From: an uncultured archaeon
GTDB lineage: Archaea; Altiarchaeota; Altiarchaeia; IMC4; QMZM01
DNA: 32,676 bases
Direction: 5' to 3'
Assembly (NCBI GenBank): GCA_964549685.1
Contig: CAZJVE010000011.1
Location: 1 to 32,676, forward strand
This document shows positions 1-8,465 of the stretch, piece by piece (position 1 is the stretch's first letter; each line of letters begins with the position of its first letter). Under the pieces are notes generated by a model. It worked only from the letters and a program-made list of their open reading frames with translations, did no database searches and was not told where the DNA came from. The translations under genes and the position numbers were made by a program.

Positions 1-61
1 ATTCCTTCTCAGACAACTGAGGTCTGAGATACCCACCTTCCAGTTCAGCTTTTGCATTCAT
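1..61 (-). CDS. 5' end of an unknown protein running off the left edge (MNAKAELEGGYLRPQLSEKE...)
   Basis: Minus-strand ATG at 61 is preceded by a strong SD (GGAGGTAAAGAAG-ATG) and the frame is open to the window edge. Only 20 codons are visible. Confidence 0.6.
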   Translation of the reverse strand, partial: MNAKAELEGGYLRPQLSEKE

Positions 62-114
62 CTTCTTTACCTCCAGAGCAAAGACCACACTAGCCTACAC
101 AAAACAACCAATTA

Positions 115-294
115 GGGTTTTGCCCTATTTAATTTCAAAGCGGGCGTTCCTGCAAAAGAAAATAACAGGTTCTCGGCCTCTGACATTGAAGGCGAGACAC
201 TTATAGGGGCGGAAGCCACATAAGGTCTCGCCAGACCGAGAACAGAAACAACTTTTCCTGACATTGGAACGCCCGCAAAATACGGGCAAAACCC
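115..294. ncRNA. Candidate structured RNA (long rod-like hairpin, about 180 nt), family unknown
   Basis: Nested complementary segments: 115-125/284-294 (11 bp), 126-130/278-282, 140-150/266-276 (11 bp), 169-176/236-243, 191-198/225-232, 200-204/220-224, and 208-210/215-217 closing a GGAA loop at 211-214. Confidence 0.55.
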
Positions 295-345
295 GCGCGT
301 AAAATATTTTTTATAAAAGAAAAATTCAGCCTTCTGGATTTCACA

Positions 346-351
346 TTTATA
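346..351 (+). promoter_or_regulatory. Putative TATA box of a leaderless ileS transcript
   Basis: TTTATA about 28-33 nt upstream of ATG 379, with no SD before the ATG. Confidence 0.45.
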
Positions 352-378
352 TGAATTCCCGATTAAATTAATAGCCTA

Positions 379-3300
379 ATGGATAGGGACTTAGATTTGC
401 CGAGGCTGGAAAAGAATATCCAGAAGTACTGGAACAAGGAGAATATCTACAAGGAGCTTGTGGAGAGCAGAAAGGGAGGCTCCAAGTTCTACTTCTGCCA
501 GGGCCCGCCCTTCACCAGCGGGCATGCGCATATCGGCCACGCATGGAACCATGCGATAAAGGACTCCATAATTCGCTACAAGAGCATGCAGGGCTTCGAT
601 GTCTTCAGGAGGGGCGGCTGGGACATGCACGGTTTGCCCACTGAGGTAAAGGTGGAGGAGGAGGTTCTCGGCTCCAGGACGAAGAAGGACATCCAGGATT
701 ACGGGATAGAGAACTTCATCCAGGAGTGCAAAAAATTCTCGATAAAGAATATGGGTGTAATGACCGAGCAGCTGAAGAGGTTCGGCATATGGCTGGACTG
801 GGACGACCCCTACCAGACCATGGACGCGAGGTATATGGAGGGCGTCTGGTTCTGCATCAAGAAGGCCCACGAGAAGGATTTGCTGTATACCGATAACAGG
901 GTGATTCACTGGTGTCCGAGATGTGAGACGGCCATGTCTGGTTATGAAGTGAGAGATGAATACAGGGATGTCACCGACCACTCAATCTACGTCAAGGCAA
1001 GGGTGAGGGGGAAGGATGAGTCGATACTCATCTGGACCACGACGCCGTGGACCCTTCCGGCAAACACGGCGATTGCCGCCCATCCGGAGTTTGATTACAT
1101 GAGGGTGAAGGTTGGGGATGACATTATGATTCTTGCAAAGGAGAGAATTCATGTTATTGAGGATAAATATGAGATTATTGAGGAATTTAAAGGTAAGAAA
1201 TTAGAGGGAATCGGGTATGAACCCATGCTCGACATTCCCGCTCAAAAGGATATCAGGCACAGGGTCGTCATGGCCCCGGACCTCGTTACACTGGAGGACG
1301 GAAGCGGTTTGGTGCATATAGCTCCCGGGCATGGAGAAGAGGACTTCGAGGTGGGCAAGGAACACGGCCTAGATTCACTCTCCCCTGTCGATGATTGTGG
1401 GAGATTCACGATAGAGCCCTACAAGGGGGAGTATGTCAGGGATGCCAATGCAACCATAATAGAGGATTTAAAGGGGAGCGATAACCTCTACATGGACAAG
1501 AAGATAACGCACTCCTATCCGCACTGCTGGAGGTGCAAGAGTCCATTGATAATGAGAGCGACTCCGCAGTGGTTCCTTGCCGTCTCGAAGATAAGGGAGA
1601 AGCTCCTGAAGAAGAACAAGGAGATTGAGTGGATTCCCCAGTGGATTGGTTCAGGGAGATTCGAGAACTGGCTCCAGAACGTCAAGGACTGGTGCATCTC
1701 GAGGCAGAGATACTGGAATACCCCATTGCCCATATGGACTTGTGAATGCGGAAACATAGAGGTCATAGGCAGCATAGAGGAATTGTGCAAGAAGTCGGTA
1801 AAGAAGCTGAATCCCGAGAACATTGATTTGCACATGCCCTCGATGGATGCAGTCAAGCTGGATTGCTTCTGCGGCAAGGAGATGACCAGAGTGAGTGATG
1901 TCATGGACGTCTGGCTGGATTCCGGCTGCGCGTCGTGGGCGAATCTTGGCTATCCGCACAAGAAAGACAGACTCAAGGAGCTCTTCCCCGCGGACTTCAT
2001 AACGGAGGGCTCGGACCAGACGAGGGGCTGGTTCTACTCCATGCTTGTCTGCTCGGTGATTGCATTCGACGACATATCCTACAAGAGAGTGCTCTACCAC
2101 GGCTTCAGCCTCGACTCGGAGGGGAAGAAGATGTCGAAGTCGCTTGGCAATGTTGTGGAGCCGCTGAACGTCGCTGAGGAATATGGGGCAGACGTGCTGA
2201 GGTCCTACATGCTTTCGGCTACTGTCCCGTGGGAGGACTTGCGGTTCAACATGGAGTCTCTGGCTGCCGTTGACAGGACGCTGAGAATCCTCTGGAATGC
2301 ATATATCTTTGCCCAGACCTACATGGGACTGGACGGGTTCAAGCCGGAAAAGGAATTTACAGGAGAGTTCGAGACGGAGGACCTGTGGCTTCTTTCCAGA
2401 TACAATTCCCTGGTTCTTGGAGTCACTGAGGCGATGGAAAAGTACTACCTCCACGACGCCTGCCGGCTCGTGAACGAATTCGTCCTGGAGTTAAGCCGAT
2501 GGTACATAAAGCTCATAAGGGACAGGGTCTGGATTGAAGGCAATGATGAAAGAAAGATTTCCGTCTATGTCACGCTGCATAAGGTTCTGTCAGGACTTGC
2601 GGTTCTTATGGCGCCGATAACCCCGCACCTCTCGGAGGATATCTACAGGAACCTTACGGGAGAGAGAAGCGTCCACCTGGTGAAGTGGCCTCTTGCACAG
2701 GATGGGAAGATAGACAGGAAACTGGAGGACGAGATGCTCATTGCACAGGAGATTGCCGAGGGTGTCAAGGCAGCAAGGCAGAAGTCCAACATCAAGCTAA
2801 GGTGGCCAATCCCAAGAGTCATAATCGCGCCGAAGGGGGAGATTGGCCTCAAAAGAGTGGAGAGTATAATACTGAAGGCATGCAATGCAAAGGAGCTCAA
2901 GATTGAGAAGCTCGAGGCCGAGGTCATTGTGAAGCCGAACCTTGCTGTCCTGGGCCCCAGGCTGAAGGGCGACATGGGCAAGTTCATGAAGGAGCTGAAG
3001 AATGTCAAGGCGGAGGAGATTCAGGACAAGGCAGAGGTTACAGTAGGTAAATTCAAAGTAAAAAATGATGAACTAATCTTCGGGACCAGAATCTCCCAGG
3101 ATTTAGTAGCTGAGGAATTCAGCCAGGGTGTTGTGTACATAGATGCGAAGCTCGACGAAAAGCTCCTCTCTGAGGCCATGGCAAGAGAGGTCATCCGGAG
3201 AATCCAGCAGATGAGAAAGGACCTGAATCTGGAGGAAATGAAGCAGATAGAGATTGCCATGGAATGCAGCGATAAATTCAAGCCCCATGTCCTCGACAAC

Positions 3301-3411
3301 AAGGAATTCATAGAGAAAGAGACAAGAAGTTCGGTCTCGATTGCAAAGAAAAAGGGTTTCTCAAAGGAGTGGGAGATAGAGGGTGAGAAGGTGAAAATCA
3401 GTATTATTTAA
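379..3411 (+). CDS. ileS: Isoleucine--tRNA ligase
   Basis: GPP...HIGH, GWDMHGLP, WTTTPWTLPAN editing domain, DWCISRQRYW, EGSDQTRGWF and KMSKS motifs; 1010 aa. Confidence 0.97.
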   Translation: MDRDLDLPRLEKNIQKYWNKENIYKELVESRKGGSKFYFCQGPPFTSGHAHIGHAWNHAIKDSIIRYKSMQGFDVFRRGGWDMHGLPTEVKVEEEVLGSRTKKDIQDYGIENFIQECKKFSIKNMGVMTEQLKRFGIWLDWDDPYQTMDARYMEGVWFCIKKAHEKDLLYTDNRVIHWCPRCETAMSGYEVRDEYRDVTDHSIYVKARVRGKDESILIWTTTPWTLPANTAIAAHPEFDYMRVKVGDDIMILAKERIHVIEDKYEIIEEFKGKKLEGIGYEPMLDIPAQKDIRHRVVMAPDLVTLEDGSGLVHIAPGHGEEDFEVGKEHGLDSLSPVDDCGRFTIEPYKGEYVRDANATIIEDLKGSDNLYMDKKITHSYPHCWRCKSPLIMRATPQWFLAVSKIREKLLKKNKEIEWIPQWIGSGRFENWLQNVKDWCISRQRYWNTPLPIWTCECGNIEVIGSIEELCKKSVKKLNPENIDLHMPSMDAVKLDCFCGKEMTRVSDVMDVWLDSGCASWANLGYPHKKDRLKELFPADFITEGSDQTRGWFYSMLVCSVIAFDDISYKRVLYHGFSLDSEGKKMSKSLGNVVEPLNVAEEYGADVLRSYMLSATVPWEDLRFNMESLAAVDRTLRILWNAYIFAQTYMGLDGFKPEKEFTGEFETEDLWLLSRYNSLVLGVTEAMEKYYLHDACRLVNEFVLELSRWYIKLIRDRVWIEGNDERKISVYVTLHKVLSGLAVLMAPITPHLSEDIYRNLTGERSVHLVKWPLAQDGKIDRKLEDEMLIAQEIAEGVKAARQKSNIKLRWPIPRVIIAPKGEIGLKRVESIILKACNAKELKIEKLEAEVIVKPNLAVLGPRLKGDMGKFMKELKNVKAEEIQDKAEVTVGKFKVKNDELIFGTRISQDLVAEEFSQGVVYIDAKLDEKLLSEAMAREVIRRIQQMRKDLNLEEMKQIEIAMECSDKFKPHVLDNKEFIEKETRSSVSIAKKKGFSKEWEIEGEKVKISII

Positions 3412-3438
3412 GCTACCCTCCCTATCTATTAATTCACG

Positions 3439-3735
3439 ATGAAAGGTTCTCATGGCTTTAGAAGGAAGAGCAGAACCCTCAGGGTAAAACCAAGGGACAG
3501 GGGGAAGGTAAAGATAAAGAGATACCTCCAGAAATTCGAGGAAGGGGAGACGGTATCGATAAACATGGATGCGAGCTACAGGAACATCCCGCATCCAAGG
3601 TTCCAGGGCAAGTCAGGGAAGGTCGTTGCAACCCAGGGGAGAGCGTACTATGTAAAGATAAGGGACGGGGGAAAGACGAAGGACCTTCTCGTTAACCCGG
3701 AGCATCTCATAAAAATAAAGCAGGGGGGAAAATGA
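3439..3735 (+). CDS. rpl21e: 50S ribosomal protein L21e
   Basis: SHGFRRKSR N-terminus, PHPRFQGKSGKVV and K.LLVNPEHL motifs; upstream of rpoF. Confidence 0.96.
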   Translation: MKGSHGFRRKSRTLRVKPRDRGKVKIKRYLQKFEEGETVSINMDASYRNIPHPRFQGKSGKVVATQGRAYYVKIRDGGKTKDLLVNPEHLIKIKQGGK

Positions 3736-4076
3736 ACGTAATGGAAAAGAAGTATGTCACGATTGCAGAGGCAAAGAACGTGCTCGACAAGACGAAGAAG
3801 AGATACAAGGATGCTGATATGGAGATGCTCTACGAGCAGAAGAGGGCCCTTGACCATGCAAACAAGGCAGATAACCTGAACTTCAGGGACAGCGCGTCAA
3901 TGTTGAAGAAGCTGTCCGAGCTGGAACTCGAGCTGAACGAGGGCCAGATAGTCAAGATAGTCGACCTTCTGCCCGAGACTGTGGATGACGTGAGGGCAGT
4001 ATTCGCAAAGGAGCGCTTCAAGTACGGGGAAGAGGAGATAAAGAAAATCCTCGAGGTTGTTGCGCAATACAAATAA
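3732..4076 (+). CDS. rpoF: DNA-directed RNA polymerase subunit F (Rpo4)
   Basis: YVTIAEAK, YEQKRALDH and KIVDLLPETVDDVRAVF motifs; ATGA overlap with rpl21e; conserved synteny. Confidence 0.93.
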   Translation: MNVMEKKYVTIAEAKNVLDKTKKRYKDADMEMLYEQKRALDHANKADNLNFRDSASMLKKLSELELELNEGQIVKIVDLLPETVDDVRAVFAKERFKYGEEEIKKILEVVAQYK

Positions 4077-4081
4077 TAGGG

Positions 4082-4678
4082 GTGGTTACTGAGATGAACA
4101 AAGACGAAAACGTGAGAGTCTTAGATTTCCTGCCCACGGGGAAGTCCGAGGTGCCTCCCCATAAGAGGAAGCCGATAGCACAGGCGGTCGGCGAAAAATA
4201 CTTCTCACTTCTTGAGGTCGTTCCCAGAAAGGACATCACCTTCAATACAGGCGATACAATCTATATTGGGGAGGGCGTCAGGGACAAGGTCGACCATATA
4301 GAGAGGAGGATAAGATATGACTGGCTGACTCCTACCGCAAAGACCGAGCTCAAGATAATTCTCGAGGAGATAATAACTGGTGATGAAAAGAGGTTCGTTG
4401 ATTTTTACAACAATGCCGGCACGATAAGCACGCGGCTGCATAAACTGGAGTGTCTTCCGAGGATAGGCAGGAAGCACAGGCAGGACATACTGGAGGAGAG
4501 GAGAGTGAAGCCGTTTGACAGCTTCGACGACATGCACGACAGGGTGAGCAACCTCCCGGACCCTGTGAAAGTCATAGCGGAAAAGATAATTCACGAGCTC
4601 CAGGGGGAGGACAAATACAACCTTTTCGTGCCACTGATTGCAGAGAAAAAGACGCACGAGAGAAGACCGAGGTTCTGA
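4082..4678 (+). CDS. DUF655 family putative RNA-binding protein
   Basis: VLDFLPTG, AQAVGEKYFSLLE, RLHKLECLPRIG and PFDSFDD motifs; canonical position after rpoF. The start could be GTG 4082 or ATG 4094. Confidence 0.9.
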   Translation: MVTEMNKDENVRVLDFLPTGKSEVPPHKRKPIAQAVGEKYFSLLEVVPRKDITFNTGDTIYIGEGVRDKVDHIERRIRYDWLTPTAKTELKIILEEIITGDEKRFVDFYNNAGTISTRLHKLECLPRIGRKHRQDILEERRVKPFDSFDDMHDRVSNLPDPVKVIAEKIIHELQGEDKYNLFVPLIAEKKTHERRPRF

Positions 4679-4725
4679 ATAGATTATTTATATGAACGAA
4701 AAACTATGTATAAATACTTTCCAAA

Positions 4726-4911
4726 ATGGTGAAGATAGAGATAGACCTTGAGAAGTGCATTGGATGTGGTGCCTGCGTCAATGCATGTCCGGTATCGCTT
4801 TATGAGATTGTCGATGAGAAGTCGAAGGTTACAGGCAACGTCGATGACTGCGTCCTCTGCAGGGCGTGTGAGACAACGTGTCCGGTTGGGGCGATAACTA
4901 TAACCGAGTGA
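4726..4911 (+). CDS. 2x[4Fe-4S] ferredoxin
   Basis: Two CxxCxxCxxxCP motifs (CIGCGACVNACP, CVLCRACETTCP). Confidence 0.95.
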   Translation: MVKIEIDLEKCIGCGACVNACPVSLYEIVDEKSKVTGNVDDCVLCRACETTCPVGAITITE

Positions 4912-4916
4912 GAAGA

Positions 4917-4946
4917 GAATTCACAGGGGAATTCACCAGTGAATTC
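4917..4946. repeat. GAATTC x3 at exact 12-nt spacing, including the inverted repeat GAATTCAC-CA-GTGAATTC
   Basis: GAATTC at 4917, 4929 and 4941, in the ferredoxin-alba spacer. Confidence 0.7.
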
Positions 4947-4969
4947 AATGTGCATTTGAGGTAAACAAG

Positions 4970-5263
4970 ATGGATGACGACATAGAAACAAGAACTGGGA
5001 ACGACAATACAGTGTTTGTTGGAAAGAAAGGGGTTATGGCCTACGTCCTTGCGGTTGTTACACAATTCAACAACGGCGAGAGTTCCGTTATTGTGAAGGC
5101 AAGGGGCAGGGCAATTTCTAGAGCTGTTGATGTTGCTGAGATTGTCAGGCAGCGGTTTGTCCAGGGAGTCAATGCGTCTGACATATTGATAGCGACAGAG
5201 GAGATTCAGGGCGACGAGGGCCCTATAAAGGTCTCGGCCATCGAGATAACCTTAACCAGGTGA
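4970..5263 (+). CDS. albA: DNA/RNA-binding chromatin protein Alba
   Basis: [30 protein letters not shown] and VSAIEITL motifs; SD GAGGT. Confidence 0.96.
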   Translation: MDDDIETRTGNDNTVFVGKKGVMAYVLAVVTQFNNGESSVIVKARGRAISRAVDVAEIVRQRFVQGVNASDILIATEEIQGDEGPIKVSAIEITLTR

Positions 5264-5276
5264 GATTAGCTCTCAC

Positions 5277-5300
5277 CTTCCTTTTTTAATTTTCATTTTA
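5277..5300 (+). terminator. Putative oligo-T terminator after alba
   Basis: CTTCCTTTTTTAATTTTCATTTTA just after the stop codon. Confidence 0.45.
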
Positions 5301-5336
5301 TTATTATCTGTAGTAGCACATACTTCTTGAGTAAAT

Positions 5337-5822
5337 ATGGCTCTACCAATATGCGAGATTTGCGCAAAGAGCGGGGTGCTATGCAGTGCCTGTGAATCGA
5401 AACTGCAAAAGGGGAAGATATCCGAGGTTGACGTAGAACTGTCCAAGATTCTGCACGAGCTGGGACAGGACATAGGTTTCGACCATGCCATAGACACCGA
5501 GAACGTCATACTGGTTGTAACGGCAAAAGACCAGATAGGAAAGTTCATAGGGAAGAGCGGGGACAACCTAAAGATTCTCTCAGGCAAGCTGGGGAAGCAG
5601 CTGAGAGTGATTGGAAGGGGCAGCCTTGAGGAGACGATACACGATTTTGTTGCCCCGGCAAAGGTCCTTGGGATAAACACCGTCTTCAAGCCGGACGGCT
5701 CGACCACCAGGAGGGTCAGAGTCAGGGGCAAGGACAAGAAGAGGCTGAGGGTGAGCCCCGGGGAGATGGAGAAGCTGATAAAGTCACTGGCCGATGATGA
5801 GATTGAGATTCTTTTCGAATAA
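5337..5822 (+). CDS. Archaeal NusA-like KH-domain protein with an N-terminal Cys4 zinc-binding motif
   Basis: PICEICAKSGVLCSAC motif and KH GxxG loop (IGKFIGKSG); directly upstream of aspS. Confidence 0.8.
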   Translation: MALPICEICAKSGVLCSACESKLQKGKISEVDVELSKILHELGQDIGFDHAIDTENVILVVTAKDQIGKFIGKSGDNLKILSGKLGKQLRVIGRGSLEETIHDFVAPAKVLGINTVFKPDGSTTRRVRVRGKDKKRLRVSPGEMEKLIKSLADDEIEILFE

Positions 5823-5824
5823 AA

Positions 5825-7123
5825 ATGAGAACACACTACTCCGTTGAGATAAACCAGGGGATGGACGGCAAGGATGTTTGCCTTGCAGGCTGGGTCCACG
5901 AGTTCAGGGACCTGGGCAAGCTGAAGTTCCTGGTTCTCAGGGACAGGGAGGGCTTTATCCAGGTTACTGCGAAGAAGGGCGATACGGATGAAAAGGTTCT
6001 AAAGCTTGTGGACTCGCTGAGCAGGGAGTCTGTCATAGAGGTCAACGGCAGGGTAAAGAAGAACGACAAGGCGCCGGGGGGCATTGAGATATCCCCTTCC
6101 GGGATTGAGGTCCTTGGCAAGGCCGATTCTCCATTGCCGCTGGACGTCACGCAGAAGGTCGACGCCGACATGGACACGCGGCTCAATAACAGGTTCATGG
6201 ACCTCAGGAAGCCGGAGGTCTCGGCAATATTCCGGCTCAGGAGCAGGATAATGAAGGCGGGGAGGGAATTCCTGTTGGGGGAGAAGTTCATCGAGATTAC
6301 CTCGCCGAAGATAATCGCGTCGGCATCGGAGGGAGGTACTGACCTCTTCCCGATATCGTACTTCGACAGGGAGGCGTTCCTGGCTCAGAGCCCGCAGCTC
6401 TACAAGCAGATGATGATGGGCACGGGCTTTGACAAGGTATTTGAGATAACGACCTATTTTAGAGCTGAAGAACACGACACGAGGAGGCATCTCAACGAGA
6501 TTTCGGCCTTCGACCTGGAGATGGCGTTCATCAAGGACGAGGAGGATGTCATGAACGCGCTGGAGGGGCTTGTGATTGCGATGATTAAGGAGGCCTCGCT
6601 CTGCGAGAAGGAACTGTCGATTCTGAAAAAGGAGGTTACGGTTCCCGAGAGCCCGGTCAGGAGGCTAAGCTATGACGAGTCGCTGGAGCTCCTTGCGAAG
6701 GAGGGCAAGGAGATTCCATGGGGCGAGGACCTTGACACGGCATCAGAGAAGCTGCTCGGCGAGATAATGAAGAAAGAGGGAATAGAACTGTATTTCATAA
6801 AGGGCTATCCCCTCGACATGAAGCCGTTCTACACGATGCCGGAGGATGAAAAGTATTCGAGGGGGTTCGACCTTGGCTACAGGGGGGTGGAGATATCCTC
6901 CGGAGGCCAGAGGGTTCACGACCCTGAACTGCTCAAGGAAAGGCTGGAATTCCACAAGCTCAGCCCGGAGAATTTTACCTTTTATCTGAATGCGTTCAGG
7001 TATGGCATGCCGCCGCACGGCGGTTTCGGGCTGGGGATAGACAGGCTGATGATGCAGCTTCTTGATTTACCGATAAGGGAGGTCGTTCTCTTTCCAAGGG
7101 ACAGGCACAGGCTCACTCCCTAG
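5825..7123 (+). CDS. aspS: Aspartate--tRNA ligase, probably non-discriminating (Asp/Asn)
   Basis: OB domain GWVHEFRDLG, FLAQSPQLYKQ, FRAE, YGMPPHGGFGLG and LFPRD motifs. His in GWVHE and Pro in KAPGG match the non-discriminating determinants. Confidence 0.95.
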   Translation: MRTHYSVEINQGMDGKDVCLAGWVHEFRDLGKLKFLVLRDREGFIQVTAKKGDTDEKVLKLVDSLSRESVIEVNGRVKKNDKAPGGIEISPSGIEVLGKADSPLPLDVTQKVDADMDTRLNNRFMDLRKPEVSAIFRLRSRIMKAGREFLLGEKFIEITSPKIIASASEGGTDLFPISYFDREAFLAQSPQLYKQMMMGTGFDKVFEITTYFRAEEHDTRRHLNEISAFDLEMAFIKDEEDVMNALEGLVIAMIKEASLCEKELSILKKEVTVPESPVRRLSYDESLELLAKEGKEIPWGEDLDTASEKLLGEIMKKEGIELYFIKGYPLDMKPFYTMPEDEKYSRGFDLGYRGVEISSGGQRVHDPELLKERLEFHKLSPENFTFYLNAFRYGMPPHGGFGLGIDRLMMQLLDLPIREVVLFPRDRHRLTP

Positions 7124-7158
7124 TTTTTATATTGCTAATCGATATTAGTATCTCTATC

Positions 7159-7665
7159 ATGTACGCAAGAACCAAGAAAGTAGGAAGCCTGGGCCGTTAT
7201 GGTCCAAGAATAGGCGGCAAGATAAGAAGAGAGGTCAGGAAGATAGAGGACAAGGCCAAGCAGAACAGGTGCACCTCCTGTGGGAAAAATGTCAGGAGAA
7301 TTGCATCAGGAATATGGGAGTGCAGGTTCTGCGGGATGAAGTTCACTGGTGGAGCGTACTATACCATAACGAAAAAGAGAACCACGTCCATCAGCAAGCC
7401 TGAGCTGGAGAAGGTTGAGATAGAGCCAAAGGAGGAGAAGGTGAAAAAGGCCGCCAAGGAAAAGCCCAAGAAGGAAGAGAAGGCTCCTGTTGAGGATAAC
7501 AAGACAGCTCCGGTCAAGGATGTGGATGATGCTCCCGATGAGGAAGCAGCACCGCCTGAGGAAGAAGATGCTGTCCCTGCGGAGGATGAGACAGTTCCTG
7601 AGCAGGAGATAGAGAATTCGCAGCCCGAAGAATCAGAATCAAAAACCAAGGATAAATCAAAATGA
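7159..7665 (+). CDS. rpl37ae: 50S ribosomal protein L37Ae with a long acidic C-terminal extension
   Basis: RTKKVGSLGRYGPRIG and CTSC...GIWECRFC...FTGGAY zinc ribbon. ATG 7159 is preferred over TTG 7132; 168 aa. Confidence 0.92.
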   Translation: MYARTKKVGSLGRYGPRIGGKIRREVRKIEDKAKQNRCTSCGKNVRRIASGIWECRFCGMKFTGGAYYTITKKRTTSISKPELEKVEIEPKEEKVKKAAKEKPKKEEKAPVEDNKTAPVKDVDDAPDEEAAPPEEEDAVPAEDETVPEQEIENSQPEESESKTKDKSK

Positions 7666-7811
7666 CCTACGTATGTATAAACTGCGGTTCCGAGGTTGAC
7701 TACGATTACATAGTGAAGCACAAGCTGAAGTGCACAAAGTGCAGGGAGAAGAGGTCCAACATCTGGGTGAAGAGGAGACCCCCCACCTCGAAGATAGTTA
7801 TTGCAAAATAA
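7662..7811 (+). CDS. rpoP: DNA-directed RNA polymerase subunit P (Rpo12), not in the ORF track
   Basis: My translation: MTYVCINCGSEVDYDYIVKHKLKCTKCREKRSNIWVKRRPPTSKIVIAK (49 aa). CxxC...CxxC and K.RPP motifs; ATGA overlap with rpl37ae; canonical synteny. Confidence 0.9.
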   Translation: MTYVCINCGSEVDYDYIVKHKLKCTKCREKRSNIWVKRRPPTSKIVIAK

Positions 7812-8042
7812 ATGAACGAGCTCCGGATAGAGCTGCGGCTGCCCAGAGAGAAGGTGGCTGTCTGCCAGAGGGCCCTTGCAATGGAAACGGAGAACGAATC
7901 CATGCACAGGTCCGAGATAGAGCTGGAGGAATTTTCCCATGGCTTGAGAATTCTCGTCAGGGCAAAGGACCTCTCGGCAATGCGAGCGGCGATAAACACC
8001 TACCTCCGGTGGGTTATTATGTGCTGTAATTTAATAGAATAA
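7812..8042 (+). CDS. pcc1: KEOPS complex subunit Pcc1
   Basis: RS.IELE...LRILVRAKDLSAMRAAINTYLRWV signature; lies between rpoP and pfdB. Confidence 0.9.
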   Translation: MNELRIELRLPREKVAVCQRALAMETENESMHRSEIELEEFSHGLRILVRAKDLSAMRAAINTYLRWVIMCCNLIE

Positions 8043-8043
8043 A

Positions 8044-8412
8044 ATGACTCAGGAAATTCCAACACAAGTGCAGGACAAGGTCATGCAGTTCCAGTCATTG
8101 CAGCAGCAGCTGCAAGTTATAGTTGCACAGAAGCAGCAGTTCATCATGAGGGCGAAGGACATTGACAACGCCATCGAGGACCTTGGTGGAATGAAAGAGG
8201 GAAAGGTCTACAAGGTCTCGGGGCCGCTGATGATGGAAACCTCCATCGAGAAGAGCAAAAAGGACCTTGCCGAGGAAAAGGAGACTGCGGAGGCAAGGAT
8301 AAAGATTCTCGAGAGCCAGGAGAAGAAGCTGACGGAGAAGCTGAAGGGTCTGGGGGAAGAGCTTCAGTCGATTATGAGTTCACAGGGCACTGGGGTTGTT
8401 GCAGGCGGTTAG
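8044..8412 (+). CDS. pfdB: Prefoldin beta subunit
   Basis: QFQSLQQQLQ coiled coil and VYKVSGPLMME hairpin; conserved synteny. Confidence 0.93.
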   Translation: MTQEIPTQVQDKVMQFQSLQQQLQVIVAQKQQFIMRAKDIDNAIEDLGGMKEGKVYKVSGPLMMETSIEKSKKDLAEEKETAEARIKILESQEKKLTEKLKGLGEELQSIMSSQGTGVVAGG

Positions 8413-8465
8413 ACCCTTTTTAAAGGCTTAATTTAATAATATATCGAAACTTTGAGGCGATTTCT

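Noticed and set aside
200-224. SRP RNA helix 8 resemblance (AGG-GGC-GGAA-GCC-ACA)
   Set aside because: The conserved AGCA strand reads ACA, and no helix 6 or Alu domain is evident, so it is not called SRP RNA. A cmscan would settle it.
185-236. Archaeal SECIS-like GAA/A motif (GAA-GGC...GCC-A)
   Set aside because: The helix below the motif is poor, and no gene with an in-frame TGA was seen in the window.
115-378. T-box riboswitch upstream of ileS
   Set aside because: There is no TGGNACC T-box sequence, and ileS appears to have its own proximal TATA (leaderless transcript).
7730-8029. 99-aa plus-strand ORF in the track
   Set aside because: It is an alternative frame overlapping rpoP and pcc1, both of which have clear family motifs.
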